DNA from: an uncultured delta proteobacterium
GTDB taxonomy: Bacteria > Myxococcota_A > Polyangia > Polyangiales > B10-G4
Assembly: GCA_963727445.1 (NCBI GenBank)
Contig: CAVSGI010000013.1
Coordinates: forward strand, 288,001-352,000
Length of the DNA: 64,000 nt
Reading direction: 5' to 3'
Shown here piece by piece: positions 1 through 10,288 of this stretch. A program made the translations under genes and the position numbers. The stretch's first letter is position 1. Each line of letters starts with the position of its first letter. The notes beneath the pieces were generated by a model. That model did not search any database. It saw only the letters and a list, made by a program, of their open reading frames with translations, and was not told where the DNA came from.

Positions 1-6
1 GCCCAC

Positions 7-669
7 GTGATGTGGGAAGGAGAGCAGCGAGGGGCTCTGAGCGCCATGGTCGAGTTTCTGGGCAGCACGCTCGGGCGTGAGGCCTGGGCCACTGGCGAAG
101 AGCTGGCGGACGCAGCGCTCGCGAGCGGTCCGAGCATGCGCCGGCGCGGCGATCTCTGGGAGATCCGATACGCCGATCGCTTGGTACACGTCGCGCAGTC
201 GAAGGGGTTGGAGGATCTCGCCGTTCTGCTGGCCAACCCGAACAGCGACGTGCGCGCTCTCGACCTGATGATGCAGTTCGCTGTCGACGAGGTCGACGAC
301 CCGGGAAGCGATCCCGTCCTCGACGAACGCGCGCGGGCGGAATTCGCGGAGCGGGTCGCGTTGCTCGAAACCGAGCTGGACAAGGCGCAAACCGACAGAG
401 ACCTGGGTCGCGTGGCCATCTTGCGCCGGGAGCGGGAGTTCATTCTCGCCGAGCTCGAGCGCAACGTGGCCAACCTCGAGCGCGCGCGCAAATTCACCGG
501 TCCCGCCGAGCGAGCACGCAAGGCGGTGACCGCTAGGGTGCGCGCCGCCGCCGACAAGATCCGTGAAGTGCATGCGCCCCTGGCCGCGCACCTCGACGCG
601 AGCCTACGAACCGGGCTGATGTGCTCCTACCGCCCTGATCCTCCCGAGATCTGGAGCGTTTCGAGCTGA
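7..669 (+). CDS. C-terminal part of a large ATPase/TPR-type transcriptional regulator (likely 5'-truncated by the window edge)
   Basis: Motifs GDLWEIRY..SKGLEDLAVLLANP..DPVLDERAR..ERARKAVTARVR..LAAHLDASLRTGLMCSYRP resemble the C-terminus of ATPase-fused regulators. Confidence 0.65.
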   Translation: MMWEGEQRGALSAMVEFLGSTLGREAWATGEELADAALASGPSMRRRGDLWEIRYADRLVHVAQSKGLEDLAVLLANPNSDVRALDLMMQFAVDEVDDPGSDPVLDERARAEFAERVALLETELDKAQTDRDLGRVAILRREREFILAELERNVANLERARKFTGPAERARKAVTARVRAAADKIREVHAPLAAHLDASLRTGLMCSYRPDPPEIWSVSS

Positions 670-678
670 GAGAGACGC

Positions 679-719
679 CGCCAGATCCGACATGGCGGAG
701 CGCCAGGTGGGATCTGGCG
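679..719. promoter_or_regulatory. Inverted/direct repeat operator candidate upstream of the OsmC-like gene
   Basis: Perfect 10-bp inverted repeat CGCCAGATCC (679-688) / GGATCTGGCG (710-719); CGCCAG(A/G)T direct repeat at 679 and 701 (22-bp period). Confidence 0.4.
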
Positions 720-763
720 CCTTCCTCGTGAGTGCCGTGCAGGCGCAAGCCGAGGAGGACAGC

Positions 764-1375
764 ATGAACGTAAACGCACAGGACATCGCGAACGCCCCGC
801 GGATCGAGGGCGCGACGGAAGAGGTCCGCAAGGGGACCGCCAAGCGCCAGAACGAGCTCATGGCTCGCTACCAGAGCGATCCCGACGCGGCGTGGGTCGT
901 CGACACCGCCCAGACGCATTCGACCGGGGATTCGGCGCGCGAGGTTCGGTACGGGCAAGTCGCGATCGGCTACGGCGCCGCCGCGCTCGACTTCGGCGCT
1001 CACGCGGGTGTCGGAGGGCCGGGGGATGCACCCGTCTCCGGGGACATTCTCGCGGCGGCGCTCGCGAGCTGCGTGGACACGACCCTCCGGCTCATCTCCA
1101 ATCGCCTCCGTGTGGAGCTCACGGAGCTCTCGGTTCGGGTCGAGGCGCACTGTGATCTACGCGGGACCATGTGCGTTGACAGCGCCGTGCCGGTCGGATT
1201 TCAGCGGATGGAGGTCGACCTACGGCTCCGGGCCGCACCTGGAACGGACCCCGCGAAGATCGAGATGCTTCTGGCGGCGACCGAGCACTGTTGCGTCGTG
1301 CTTCGGACCCTACGGGACGGCGTCGCCGTCGAAGTCGAAGCGAATACGACCGACGCCTCCGATGAGCCCTCCTGA
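764..1375 (+). CDS. OsmC/Ohr-family protein
   Basis: RBS GAGGAGG at 752-758 before ATG 764; GDILAAALASC and EHCCVVLRTL Cys motifs. Confidence 0.8.
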   Translation: MNVNAQDIANAPRIEGATEEVRKGTAKRQNELMARYQSDPDAAWVVDTAQTHSTGDSAREVRYGQVAIGYGAAALDFGAHAGVGGPGDAPVSGDILAAALASCVDTTLRLISNRLRVELTELSVRVEAHCDLRGTMCVDSAVPVGFQRMEVDLRLRAAPGTDPAKIEMLLAATEHCCVVLRTLRDGVAVEVEANTTDASDEPS

Positions 1376-1626
1376 GGAGGGAGAAGATCACCAAAAAGGA
1401 GGGGTCACCCCTGGCCCGCCGATGGAAGGGACCTACCTGTGAATCGGCGCGGCGTTCCGTCGTCCGATGAACGATCCCGACCGAGGGGGACACACAGGGA
1501 AAGAAGGGGAAGGTGCTGGAGCCCGGAGGCGGGAAGCCGGGGAGGGAACGTGGGCTATGCGCAACCCAAGCGGCCTCCTCGTCTTCCCGCCTGCGCGCTC
1601 GAGCTCGATCCGAACGCTCGTCGGAG

Positions 1627-2430
1627 CTAGAGCGACGTCGGCAGGATGTCGTAGCCGCATTGCGCGGGGCAGGCGTCGGGGGTGGACGCGCAATCGGGAA
1701 GCGTCCGTTCCTCGCGCGCGGGCACGGGCTCGGGCGGGTCGTCGAAGCCGCCCCCTTCCTCTTCTTCGTACTCCGAGGGCCCGACCGCGACATGGTCGGC
1801 ATCGACCCACACGACCGGCAGCCGCCAGCTCGAGCCCGAGGGCGGATCGCCCTCCGCGACCTCCGTGCTGAGCGCTACGGCCGCGAAGCGAAGTCGCGGC
1901 GCGCCATGTGCGAAGCTCACGAGCCAGAAGGTCTGGTTCTCGCTCGCGCCCTCCGAGTCCTCGGAGTTGGTTTCCGCGGCGAGAGCGACGCCGCCGGCTT
2001 CGGCGTGCGCCTGCATGAACAAACCGCCGTCGTGAGCACCTGGCGACACGTACGCGTCCCGTGACTCGAGAACGTACCACCGGCTCCCCGCCTCGAGCGC
2101 GAGGAGCGACCACCACGACGACTCCTCACCCGGGAGCGTCAGCTGAACGACGCGGGTGATTCCGCCGGCGTCGCCGGTGAAGAGCGCGTTCTCCTGACAG
2201 GATGAGACGTCGGCGTCCTGGCCGCCTTCCCGCAAGTCCGCGACCCACGCTGCGCACACCTCGTCGAGATCGGCGTACGCAGCACAAGGGCCGGGAGGAT
2301 CGCCGGTCGATTCGGGCGTCGCGCTTCGTTCGTTCGCCGCGGCAGGCGGCGCCTCGACGACGGGACGCGAGGGACCGCCGCATCCCCAGATCGACGACAG
2401 AACGACGAAGGCGAGTCCCCGATGGTCCAT
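1627..2430 (-). CDS. Hypothetical lipoprotein
   Basis: MDHRGLAFVVLSSIWGC lipobox; starts just after the clpB stop. The longer ORF-track extension is off-frame clpB sequence. Confidence 0.65.
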   Translation of the reverse strand: MDHRGLAFVVLSSIWGCGGPSRPVVEAPPAAANERSATPESTGDPPGPCAAYADLDEVCAAWVADLREGGQDADVSSCQENALFTGDAGGITRVVQLTLPGEESSWWSLLALEAGSRWYVLESRDAYVSPGAHDGGLFMQAHAEAGGVALAAETNSEDSEGASENQTFWLVSFAHGAPRLRFAAVALSTEVAEGDPPSGSSWRLPVVWVDADHVAVGPSEYEEEEGGGFDDPPEPVPAREERTLPDCASTPDACPAQCGYDILPTSL

Positions 2431-2450
2431 GGCGACAGACGCTGGGCCCC

Positions 2451-5047
2451 TCAGGCCTTGTCGAAGGTGAACTCTTTTCCGTCGTAGTCGATCTCGACGA
2501 CGTCGCCGGCGCCGTAGCCGCCCTTGAGCATCGCTTCGGCCAGCGGGTCCTGCAGGTTCTTGAGGATCACTCGCTTGAGCGGGCGCGCGCCGAAGGCGGG
2601 CTCGTAGCCGAGCTCGACCAGCTGGGTCTTGGCGGCGTCGCTCACGTCGATCTTCACCCGCCGATGCGAGAGCAGGCGTCCGAGGGCGCGCAGCTGGATC
2701 TCGACGATCCCGCGGAGGTGTTCCTTCGAGAGCTGGTTGAAGATCACCGTGTCGTCGATGCGGTTCAAGAACTCCGGGCGGAACGAGCTCTTGAGCGCGC
2801 CCTCGACCTTCTCCTCGAGCTCCTCGGCCGTGCCCTGGTGATCGAGGATGTCGTGACCGCCGACGTTGCTCGTCATGATGATCACCGTATCGGCGAAGTG
2901 CGCCAGGCGCCCCCGCGAGTCCGTGAGGCGACCGTCGTCCAGGACCTGAAGCAGGATGTTGAAGACGTCCGGATGGGCCTTCTCCATCTCGTCGAAGAGG
3001 ACGACCGAGTAGGGCCTGCGCCGAACCGCTTCCGTGAGGTAGCCGCCCTGATCGCTGTCGACGTAGCCCGGTGGTGAGCCGAGGAGGCGCGCCACCATGT
3101 GCTTCTCCATGAACTCGCTCATGTCGAGGCGGGTCAGGGAGGCCTCGTCGTCGAAGAGGAACTCGGCGAGCGCCTTGGCGAGCTCGGTCTTGCCGACGCC
3201 GGTGGGGCCGAGGAAGAGGAAGGAGCCGATGGGCCGGCGGGGATCGCGAAGGCCCACCCGACCGCGGCGCACCGCCTTGGAGACGGCGACCACCGCCCTG
3301 TCCTGGCCGATGACCCGCTCGCGCAGGCGATCCTCCATCTCGAGGAGCTTCGCGGTCTCCTCCTGGAGCATCTTCGCGACCGGCACCCCGGTCCAGACCG
3401 CGACCACGTCCGCGAGGTCTTCGGGCTGCACGGTGTCGTGCACCATCGAGCCGCTCGAGGACTCGAGCTTGGCCTCGGCCTCGGCGAGCTGCTTCTCGAG
3501 GAGCGGCAACGTGCCGAAGCGGAGCTCGCCCGCGCGATCGTGATCGTCGGCGGCGCGGGCGCCCTCGTGCTCGCGGCGGGCTGCGGCGAGCTCCTCCTTG
3601 AGGCGGCGCACTTCGCTCAAGGTCTCGAGCTCCTTCTCCCATTCGGCGCGCATCGCCTTGGCGCGCGGCTCGAGGTCCGCCGCCTCCTTGGCGAGCTGCT
3701 CGCTGGTGTGAAGCGACTCGTCGTCCTGGTCGTCCTCGAGGCTCTTGCGCTGGATGGCGATGTCCTCGAGGCGCCGCTCGAGGCGGTCGAGCTCGGCCGG
3801 CACGCTGTCGGTCTCGACGCGCACCCGCGCCGCCGCTTCGTCGATGAGATCGATGGCGCTCTTCGGGAGCTGCACGCCCTGAACGTAGCGCCGGGCGAAG
3901 CGCACCGCGCTCACCAGCGCCGGGTCGGAGATGCGCACCCCGTGAGCGATCTCGAAGCTGTTCACCACGCCGCGAAGGACGGCGATCGCCTCTTCGATGG
4001 TGGGCGGCTCGATGTCGATGGCGACGAAACGGCGCGCGATCTCCGCGTCCTCGTCGGACAACTTGCGGACCTCATCGGGTGTCGCTTTCGCGATCACCCG
4101 GAGCTCCCCGCGCTCGAGGGCCGCCGCCAGCATGCCACCCGCGCCCCCCGAGGCCTTGTCGCCGCTGAGCGCCGAGAGGTTCGGCAGATAGAGGATGACC
4201 TCGCCTCCCGAGTCTCGGATCGCGTCGAGGATGCTGCGCATGCGCTCCTCGAGCTGGCCGCGGAGCTTCGCGCCGGCGACAAGCGACGCCATCTCGAGAG
4301 CGACGATGCGCTTGTCCTCGAGGAACTTGGGCACGTCGCCTGCGGCGATGCGCTGCGCGAGGGCCTGCACGATGGTGCCGCGACCGATGCCCGCCTCGCC
4401 GACGAGGAGCGGGTTGTTCTCGCGGCGGCGCGCGAGGATCTGAAGGATGCGACGCAGCTCGGCGTCGCGGCCGACGGTGGGATCGAACTTGCCGGCGGCC
4501 GCCATGCGGGTGAGGTCGCGCCCGAACTGCTCGAGGGGATCGCCGCCGTCGCTCGCCGCCGCGGACTTGGTCGGCCGCTTCTGCGCCGGTGCCTCTTCTT
4601 TGGTCACGTCCGCGCCGCCGATGGTGGCGCGGAGCAGCGGAGCGCTCAGCCCGCACGCGGAGAGCACGGTCTTCACCGGACCGTCGGTCTCCTGCGAGCA
4701 CGCGAGGAGCAGTGAATCCACCGAGACCGGATGACCGCCGTTGCGCGCGGCCTCGCCCTCGGCGCGAGAAGAAGGTCGAGGAGGCGCGGCGACAGATAGG
4801 CCACCGCGTCGGGCAGCCGCGCGAGCCGGCGCACCTGCGCCTCGCACTCCACCAGGACGTCCGCCGGATCGACACCCGCGCGACGGACCGCCTCCTGCGG
4901 ACCGGTCTCGCGCTCCATCAGTCGGTACAACACGTGGAGCGGCTCGACCTCGGTGTTCTCCCGGTCGTCAGCGAGGGTCTGCGCGCCGGCGATCACCTGC
5001 CGCGCGTCCTTGGCGTAGGCCTCCAGCCTCAGGGTCAGGGTGCTCAT
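2451..5047 (-). CDS. clpB: ClpB-like Hsp100 AAA+ chaperone, split by a 1-nt frameshift near 4770
   Basis: Clp N-domain in ORF 4673-5047 continues in the frame of ORF 2451-4847; coiled-coil M domain; intact NBD2 (GPTGVGKTE, VLFDEMEK, FRPEFLNRID, GARPLKR). Confidence 0.85.
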
Positions 5048-5125
5048 AGGGGGCGGAGTGTACGCGATCTCCGGGGGCGGAGGGCGGAGGCCGGAGCGGA
5101 GGCTGTGGTGTTGCGCGAAGCGCGT

Positions 5126-5641
5126 TCAGGTCGGTTCCGAGGCGTAGGCCATCCAGCGGGCGGCGAAGCGGATGGTGGTGGGCTCGCGGCTCTCGGGAAA
5201 GCGCCACGTGCTCACCTCCTTGATCACGCACTCGGCGAGCGCCGGCGCTTCGGGGCCTTCGAAGACGACCTCGTCGGGGGCGCCATCGGGCGTGAGCACC
5301 ACGACCACCGATGCGTCCCAGGTGGCTTTGGGGTCGGGAATGTGGGGGCGGCACGCGTCGATCTCGTGGCGATGACGGCGGATGGCGGCGCGCACCAGCC
5401 GGCGATCCGGATGCCGCGGCAGCGTGTCGTGGACGTAGACGGTGGGAACGGCCTCGGTGGGGGGCGGTGGGGCCGGCTGCTGCTCGGCGGCGGCGCTCAA
5501 GATCGCCACCTCGGTCAGAGCGACCGCCGCCGTCGCGTTCGGGTCTCTCGTCAGCGCAGCGGTGAGCATCGTCGCGCAGCCGGAGTTGCCGACGATCGTG
5601 AACATCGACAATGCGTAGAGGATGAGGTGTTTCGCGGTCAC
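5126..5641 (-). CDS. AgmX/PglI C-terminal (TonB_C-like) domain lipoprotein
   Basis: GTG start, ...VGNSGC; C-terminal IRRHRHEIDAC..VVLTPDG..LAECVIKEVSTWRFP. Confidence 0.65.
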   Translation of the reverse strand: MTAKHLILYALSMFTIVGNSGCATMLTAALTRDPNATAAVALTEVAILSAAAEQQPAPPPPTEAVPTVYVHDTLPRHPDRRLVRAAIRRHRHEIDACRPHIPDPKATWDASVVVVLTPDGAPDEVVFEGPEAPALAECVIKEVSTWRFPESREPTTIRFAARWMAYASEPT

Positions 5642-5775
5642 GCGGCGAGCTACAGCAAGCGTCGCGCCAGGGCAGATCTCGTCGAATTCATCGCCATTCC
5701 ACGGCCTCTCCGTGAACCAGCGGCGTCGACCGTGATGAATCGGCACAGGCCCTCGCCGCGGCGACGACGGAGACG

Positions 5776-6849
5776 TCAGTGGTTCCAGCGGCTGTGCCGG
5801 CTGTGCCGCTTCGCCTCGCGCACCATTCTCAGCATCATCGCGTCGACCCGGGCGCGCATCTCAGCGGCGACCATCGCGTCGAGGGCGCCGGTCTCGACCA
5901 GCGTCGTGTTGATGGCGGCTTCTCCCACGTACTCACCGTGCGCGGCGAAGTGCGCGTCAGCGGCTGCGTTTTCGGCCGCGCGCGCGGCGCGCAGGAAGGG
6001 CTCGTGCTCACCACCGTCGAGGAAGAGCCCACCACAGCAGTTGGCGCGGTCGACTTCGATGGGGCCGGCGATGAAGTCCACGTCGAAGACCTCCATCACC
6101 TCCCCACAGCGAGGACAGCGAAGCGACGAGACGCCCCGCGAGCGAGCGGCGCCCGGTCCCACGCCGAAGAGCACGGCGGTCGGCACACCTTTGGCGTCGA
6201 CCTCCGGGGCGTCGAGGAACATCGAGCCACACTGGGGGCAGACGTCGATCTCCATCCCGTCCTGCCGGTCGGCGCGATAGTTCGCGTGGCAACGGGGACA
6301 GCGGCGCTCGCTGGGCGCGGCGGCGTTCAGGCGATATGGGGTCGAGGGCCGGCCTCGCGGAGGCGGCGACTGCGCGAGACGGCGGAGCGACGCGCCGAAG
6401 GCCTCGCCGCCGGGCGGCGGAGGCGCGGCGAAGGTAGCGCCCGATGCGGTGGTGACGACGCGCTTCGCGGGCGCGGCCTCTTCGGCCGCCATCGCGGCGA
6501 GACGCCCGGCGCGCTGGGCGGCCGCGAGCAGCGGCGTGCTCTCTCCGGGGTCGAGGTAGATGCCACCGCAGCACTCGGCGCGCTCGACGGTCAGGGCGCC
6601 GCTGGGCGCGATCACGCGGTACGAGGTCATCGCCCCACCGTGAACCGGGCACTTCCGCATGGAGGGCCCGAGCGCCGAGCCGCTCCCCGGGCCTCCGCCG
6701 AAGAGAAGACCTACGTCCGCGTCTGCCTCCGCGGCGTCCTCGGAGCTCAGGAACACTCCGCCGCAGGCAGCGCAGGTGTCGTAGACCACCCCGGAAAGCG
6801 GAGCGCGAGTGGTCTCGGAACCACAGCCAGCGCAAATCCCCACGCCCAA
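5776..6849 (-). CDS. Multi-Zn-ribbon (zf-TFIIB-like) protein
   Basis: Four units of CxxC...(D/E)xCxxCG(G/S)x(F/Y)L or CCGGx(F/Y)LD. Confidence 0.75.
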   Translation of the reverse strand: MGVGICAGCGSETTRAPLSGVVYDTCAACGGVFLSSEDAAEADADVGLLFGGGPGSGSALGPSMRKCPVHGGAMTSYRVIAPSGALTVERAECCGGIYLDPGESTPLLAAAQRAGRLAAMAAEEAAPAKRVVTTASGATFAAPPPPGGEAFGASLRRLAQSPPPRGRPSTPYRLNAAAPSERRCPRCHANYRADRQDGMEIDVCPQCGSMFLDAPEVDAKGVPTAVLFGVGPGAARSRGVSSLRCPRCGEVMEVFDVDFIAGPIEVDRANCCGGLFLDGGEHEPFLRAARAAENAAADAHFAAHGEYVGEAAINTTLVETGALDAMVAAEMRARVDAMMLRMVREAKRHSRHSRWNH

Positions 6850-6897
6850 GAGCCTGCCAGCATCAGCCTTCGGATGCGAGCCATGTATGCTTGTGAC

Positions 6898-8313
6898 ATG
6901 GGGGCGTCGACCGGCGCGAAATGCATCGTCCTTGCCGCGGCGGTCTCGCTGCTCGCGGGCTGCGATGGCGATCCGTCGGTGCTGGCGGTCGACGTGCGGA
7001 CGGATCTCGTGCCGGGCGTGGAGTTCACGCGGGTGCGTTCGGCGCTGGATAGCGGCGGGCCGGGGATGATCACGATGGATGCCGCCTCGGCCATCGACCA
7101 GGACTTCGTGGCTGGACAGAGAGTGGCGGAATACGAGGCGCTATCCGCTGGCACCTATCGGCTGGTGGTGGAGCTCCTCGAAGCCGATGGACGCGTGGCG
7201 CTCTCCCGGCCGGTGTCGGTGACCTTCGACGGCACGTCCCTCGGGGTCACGGTGGTGCTCACGCGCGACTGCCGCGGCGTCGTCTGCCCGGAGGGCGGCG
7301 ATCCGTCGGCCACCGCCTGCCTCGGCGGACGGTGCGTGTCGCCCGAGTGCTCCGCTGAGCAGCTCGAGCGCTGCGGAACGCCCGAGTGCACTGCGATCGC
7401 CGAGTGTCCGTTGGGCGCCGCGTGCGCGAGCGTGTCCTGTGAGAGCGGTGCGTGTCTCCTCGCGCCGCGAAACGACCAATGCGCCGCGAGCGAGTACTGC
7501 GATCCCGAAGTCGGCTGTCGGCCACGCCCCGGCGCCGGGGACTCGGGACCCTCCGACGGGGGCACCGACGCCGACGCCGCGCCCGACGGCAGCATCGATG
7601 CGGGCCCGACCGACGCGGCCGTCGACTCCGCCCTTCCGGACGGCGATGCGGGGAGCTCGCTCTTCATGGTCGACATGTCCGGCGGCGATGTCGTGATCAC
7701 TTCGCCAGGCCGCTTCACCCTCGCCTTCGAGGGCGGACATCGCTACCAAACGGGCGCCTGGTACGACCTCGCTTCGAGCGCAGGCGACGACCTCGGTGGG
7801 ATCTCCGGCGACTCCATGCTGCGTCGACGGACCTTCCAGACGCCGATTGGCTTTCACGCCAGTGGCGCCTGGTACCGCATCGACACCGCTGGCGGCGAGC
7901 TCGTCAGCGTCGACACGCCGATGCCGGACGTGATCGTCCTGACGAGCCGCCTGACCTGGACCATCCCCGGCGGCGAAGCCGAGGCGCTGGTCACGAATCG
8001 GATCTCCATCGACGGGCACTGGCAGGTCACGGTGGAGCTGAGCGCCACGGCATCCATCAGCGTCGACGCGGTCGAATACGCCTTCACCAGCGTGGACCGC
8101 GCCCCCACCTGGGACGAGGTCGATACCGCCGACTCTTTCACCTTCACCCGCACGGACGTCACCCCTCCGCCGAGCATCAGCGTGACCAAGATGGCCAGCC
8201 AGCCCGGGGCCTGGGCCACCAACTTCCCCGGCTACAACGCGTACTTCGAAGCGAGCTCCGCGGGAGACCCCTCGACCACCCCCCTCGTCCTCGACTGGGA
8301 AAATCAGATCTAG
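6898..8313 (+). CDS. Cys-rich myxobacterial lipoprotein
   Basis: Lipobox LLAGC; VDVRTDLVPGVEF N-domain, Cys-rich block, DAG-rich linker. Confidence 0.7.
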   Translation: MGASTGAKCIVLAAAVSLLAGCDGDPSVLAVDVRTDLVPGVEFTRVRSALDSGGPGMITMDAASAIDQDFVAGQRVAEYEALSAGTYRLVVELLEADGRVALSRPVSVTFDGTSLGVTVVLTRDCRGVVCPEGGDPSATACLGGRCVSPECSAEQLERCGTPECTAIAECPLGAACASVSCESGACLLAPRNDQCAASEYCDPEVGCRPRPGAGDSGPSDGGTDADAAPDGSIDAGPTDAAVDSALPDGDAGSSLFMVDMSGGDVVITSPGRFTLAFEGGHRYQTGAWYDLASSAGDDLGGISGDSMLRRRTFQTPIGFHASGAWYRIDTAGGELVSVDTPMPDVIVLTSRLTWTIPGGEAEALVTNRISIDGHWQVTVELSATASISVDAVEYAFTSVDRAPTWDEVDTADSFTFTRTDVTPPPSISVTKMASQPGAWATNFPGYNAYFEASSAGDPSTTPLVLDWENQI

Positions 8314-8421
8314 GAAACGACATCGAGAGGCCCTCACTCGTTTGGCGCCCAAGTGGCGAACGTGTTGCCGTCTGGGAGAACGCCCCGAGCCGGGGCGCGC
8401 GGTCGTGCTAGACGAGCCTCG

Positions 8422-9984
8422 ATGCGTCCCCGCCTCGCTTTCCTTCTCCTCCTCCTCTTCCTCCCCACGCTCCTCTCCGCCTGCGGTAGCAAGACCGCGC
8501 TCGTCACCGGCTCGGCGCCGGCGGACTCGGGCGTCGACTCCGCCGTGGACACCTCGGTCGCCGACACCGCCGTCGTCGACACCGCCCCCGACAGTCGCCC
8601 TTCCTGCGTCTCCGACGACGAGTGCGACGACGGCGTCTTCTGCAACGGTGTCGAGGTCTGCACCATGGGCGTCTGCGCGACGGGCCCGGTGCTCGACTGC
8701 ATCCCGCCGCCCGACGGATGCACCGATGGCTTCTGCGACGAGGCGACGCGCGCCTGCGTCTTCGTCCCGGTCGACCGCGACATGGACGGCCAGTTCCCGC
8801 TCGGTTGCCCGATGGGGACCGACTGCAACGACGAAGACCCGACCGTCTTCGAAGGCGCGATGGAGCTCTGCGACTATCAGGACAACGACTGCAACTCGCA
8901 GGTGGACGAGGGGCTGCCCTACGCCGGCCTCGGTGATGCGCGTGACGTCTCGGCCGGCGTGACCGGTGCGAGCCGCCCCGACGTCGGATGGAGCGGCTCG
9001 GAGTATCAGGTGGTCTACGACAGCGAGGACGGCCACGGTCAGGTGTTCCTGACGAACGTCCGGCGCAACGGACAACCGGCGAGCGATCCCACCGAGGTGA
9101 CCTTCTCGATGGTGCTCGCGAGCTCCGCCGATCTCCAGTGGACGGGCAGCGAGTACGGCCTGTGGCACCACTTCCACCTCGACTCACTCGCGCAGGGAAC
9201 GGTCTCCCTCACGCGCATCGACGCTTCCGGATCGATCGTCCGTCGCGCGGTCGCCACGACCCCGGACGTCCCCGACGCCGACGTCCCAGCCGCGGCCTGG
9301 AGCGGGACCGACTGGGGTGTGGCCTTCGTCGCGAGCCCTCGTCGAGGCGCGCGGGAGGTTCGCTTCGTGCGCGCCGCGCGGGACGGCAGCGCCACCGTGA
9401 TGCCCTTCACCCTCTCCGGGCCCCTGGCCATCCCTTTCGTGAAGCCTTCGGTGGCTTGGACCGGGCGCCGCTTCGTCGCAGCCTGGGGCGAAGGGAGCAC
9501 CGTCCGGCTGGCGGCCCTCGATCCAGGCGGGAGTCGTGTGGATTGGCAGCGGCGACTCCCCGCCCTCGACGAGCCTCAGGTCTCGCTCCAGTGGACGGGG
9601 AGCGAGCTGATGGTGACCTTCACCTCGACCACCACCGTCGACCAGGTCCACCTCGTCCGTTACGGCGACGACGGATTGCCGCACGGCGCGACCGTCACGC
9701 TGAGCGCCAGCCCCGCGCAGCAATCCGGCGTCGACAGCGTCTGGACGGGAAGCGAGCTGGCGGTGACGTATCAGAACGGACGGTCCCCGGCCGTCGGCAC
9801 CTGGGTGGTTCGCGTGGGCGAAGGGGCGAGGTGGATCAGCCCACCGGGCATGGTCGACGATCGCGCCGCGACCGTTCTGCCCGGTGCCGCCATCGCGTAT
9901 TCGGGCCGCGAGTACGGCGTGGCGTTCCCGGCGGCGTCCGCGCGCGGCGGCGCCGTCTTCTTCAGGCGCGTCGGCTGCGACTGA
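8422..9984 (+). CDS. Lipoprotein with MopE-like putative metal-binding motif and repeated beta-rich (W[ST]G) domain
   Basis: MRPRLAFLLLL..LSAC; DCNDEDPTVFEGAMELCDYQDNDCNSQVDEG; repeated WSG/WTG units. Confidence 0.75.
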   Translation: MRPRLAFLLLLLFLPTLLSACGSKTALVTGSAPADSGVDSAVDTSVADTAVVDTAPDSRPSCVSDDECDDGVFCNGVEVCTMGVCATGPVLDCIPPPDGCTDGFCDEATRACVFVPVDRDMDGQFPLGCPMGTDCNDEDPTVFEGAMELCDYQDNDCNSQVDEGLPYAGLGDARDVSAGVTGASRPDVGWSGSEYQVVYDSEDGHGQVFLTNVRRNGQPASDPTEVTFSMVLASSADLQWTGSEYGLWHHFHLDSLAQGTVSLTRIDASGSIVRRAVATTPDVPDADVPAAAWSGTDWGVAFVASPRRGAREVRFVRAARDGSATVMPFTLSGPLAIPFVKPSVAWTGRRFVAAWGEGSTVRLAALDPGGSRVDWQRRLPALDEPQVSLQWTGSELMVTFTSTTTVDQVHLVRYGDDGLPHGATVTLSASPAQQSGVDSVWTGSELAVTYQNGRSPAVGTWVVRVGEGARWISPPGMVDDRAATVLPGAAIAYSGREYGVAFPAASARGGAVFFRRVGCD

Positions 9985-9990
9985 GCGGCG

Positions 9991-10287
9991 TCAGCCCTTC
10001 GCCTTGGCGACGTAGCGAAGCTTGAGGTCGGCGAGGACCTGCGTGAGCAGGCGCTCTTCCTCGCCGTCGAGATTGCCCTGCGTCTTCTCTTCGATGAGCT
10101 GCAAGAGATCGATGCTCTGACGCGCGAGGCCGAGGTTGACCTGACCACCCTCGGGGTGCGCCGCCTCGCCGAGGTGCGCGAGCGCGCTCGTGCTCAGCGA
10201 GAGGATGAAGGTGGTGAAGTCGATCGGCGGAACGTCTTCGCCGTCGGGAGAGGGGAGCGGGGCCTCGTCCTTCGCGTCCTCCGACAC
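9991..10287 (-). CDS. DUF1844 family protein
   Basis: IDFTTFILSLSTSALAHLG..ARQSIDLL..EKTQGNL..EERLL..DLKLRYV. Confidence 0.85.
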   Translation of the reverse strand: MSEDAKDEAPLPSPDGEDVPPIDFTTFILSLSTSALAHLGEAAHPEGGQVNLGLARQSIDLLQLIEEKTQGNLDGEEERLLTQVLADLKLRYVAKAKG

Positions 10288-10288
10288 G

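Noticed and set aside
4755..4785. Programmed ribosomal frameshift in clpB
   Set aside because: No canonical slippery heptamer; other single-base lesions in the window point to sequencing error.
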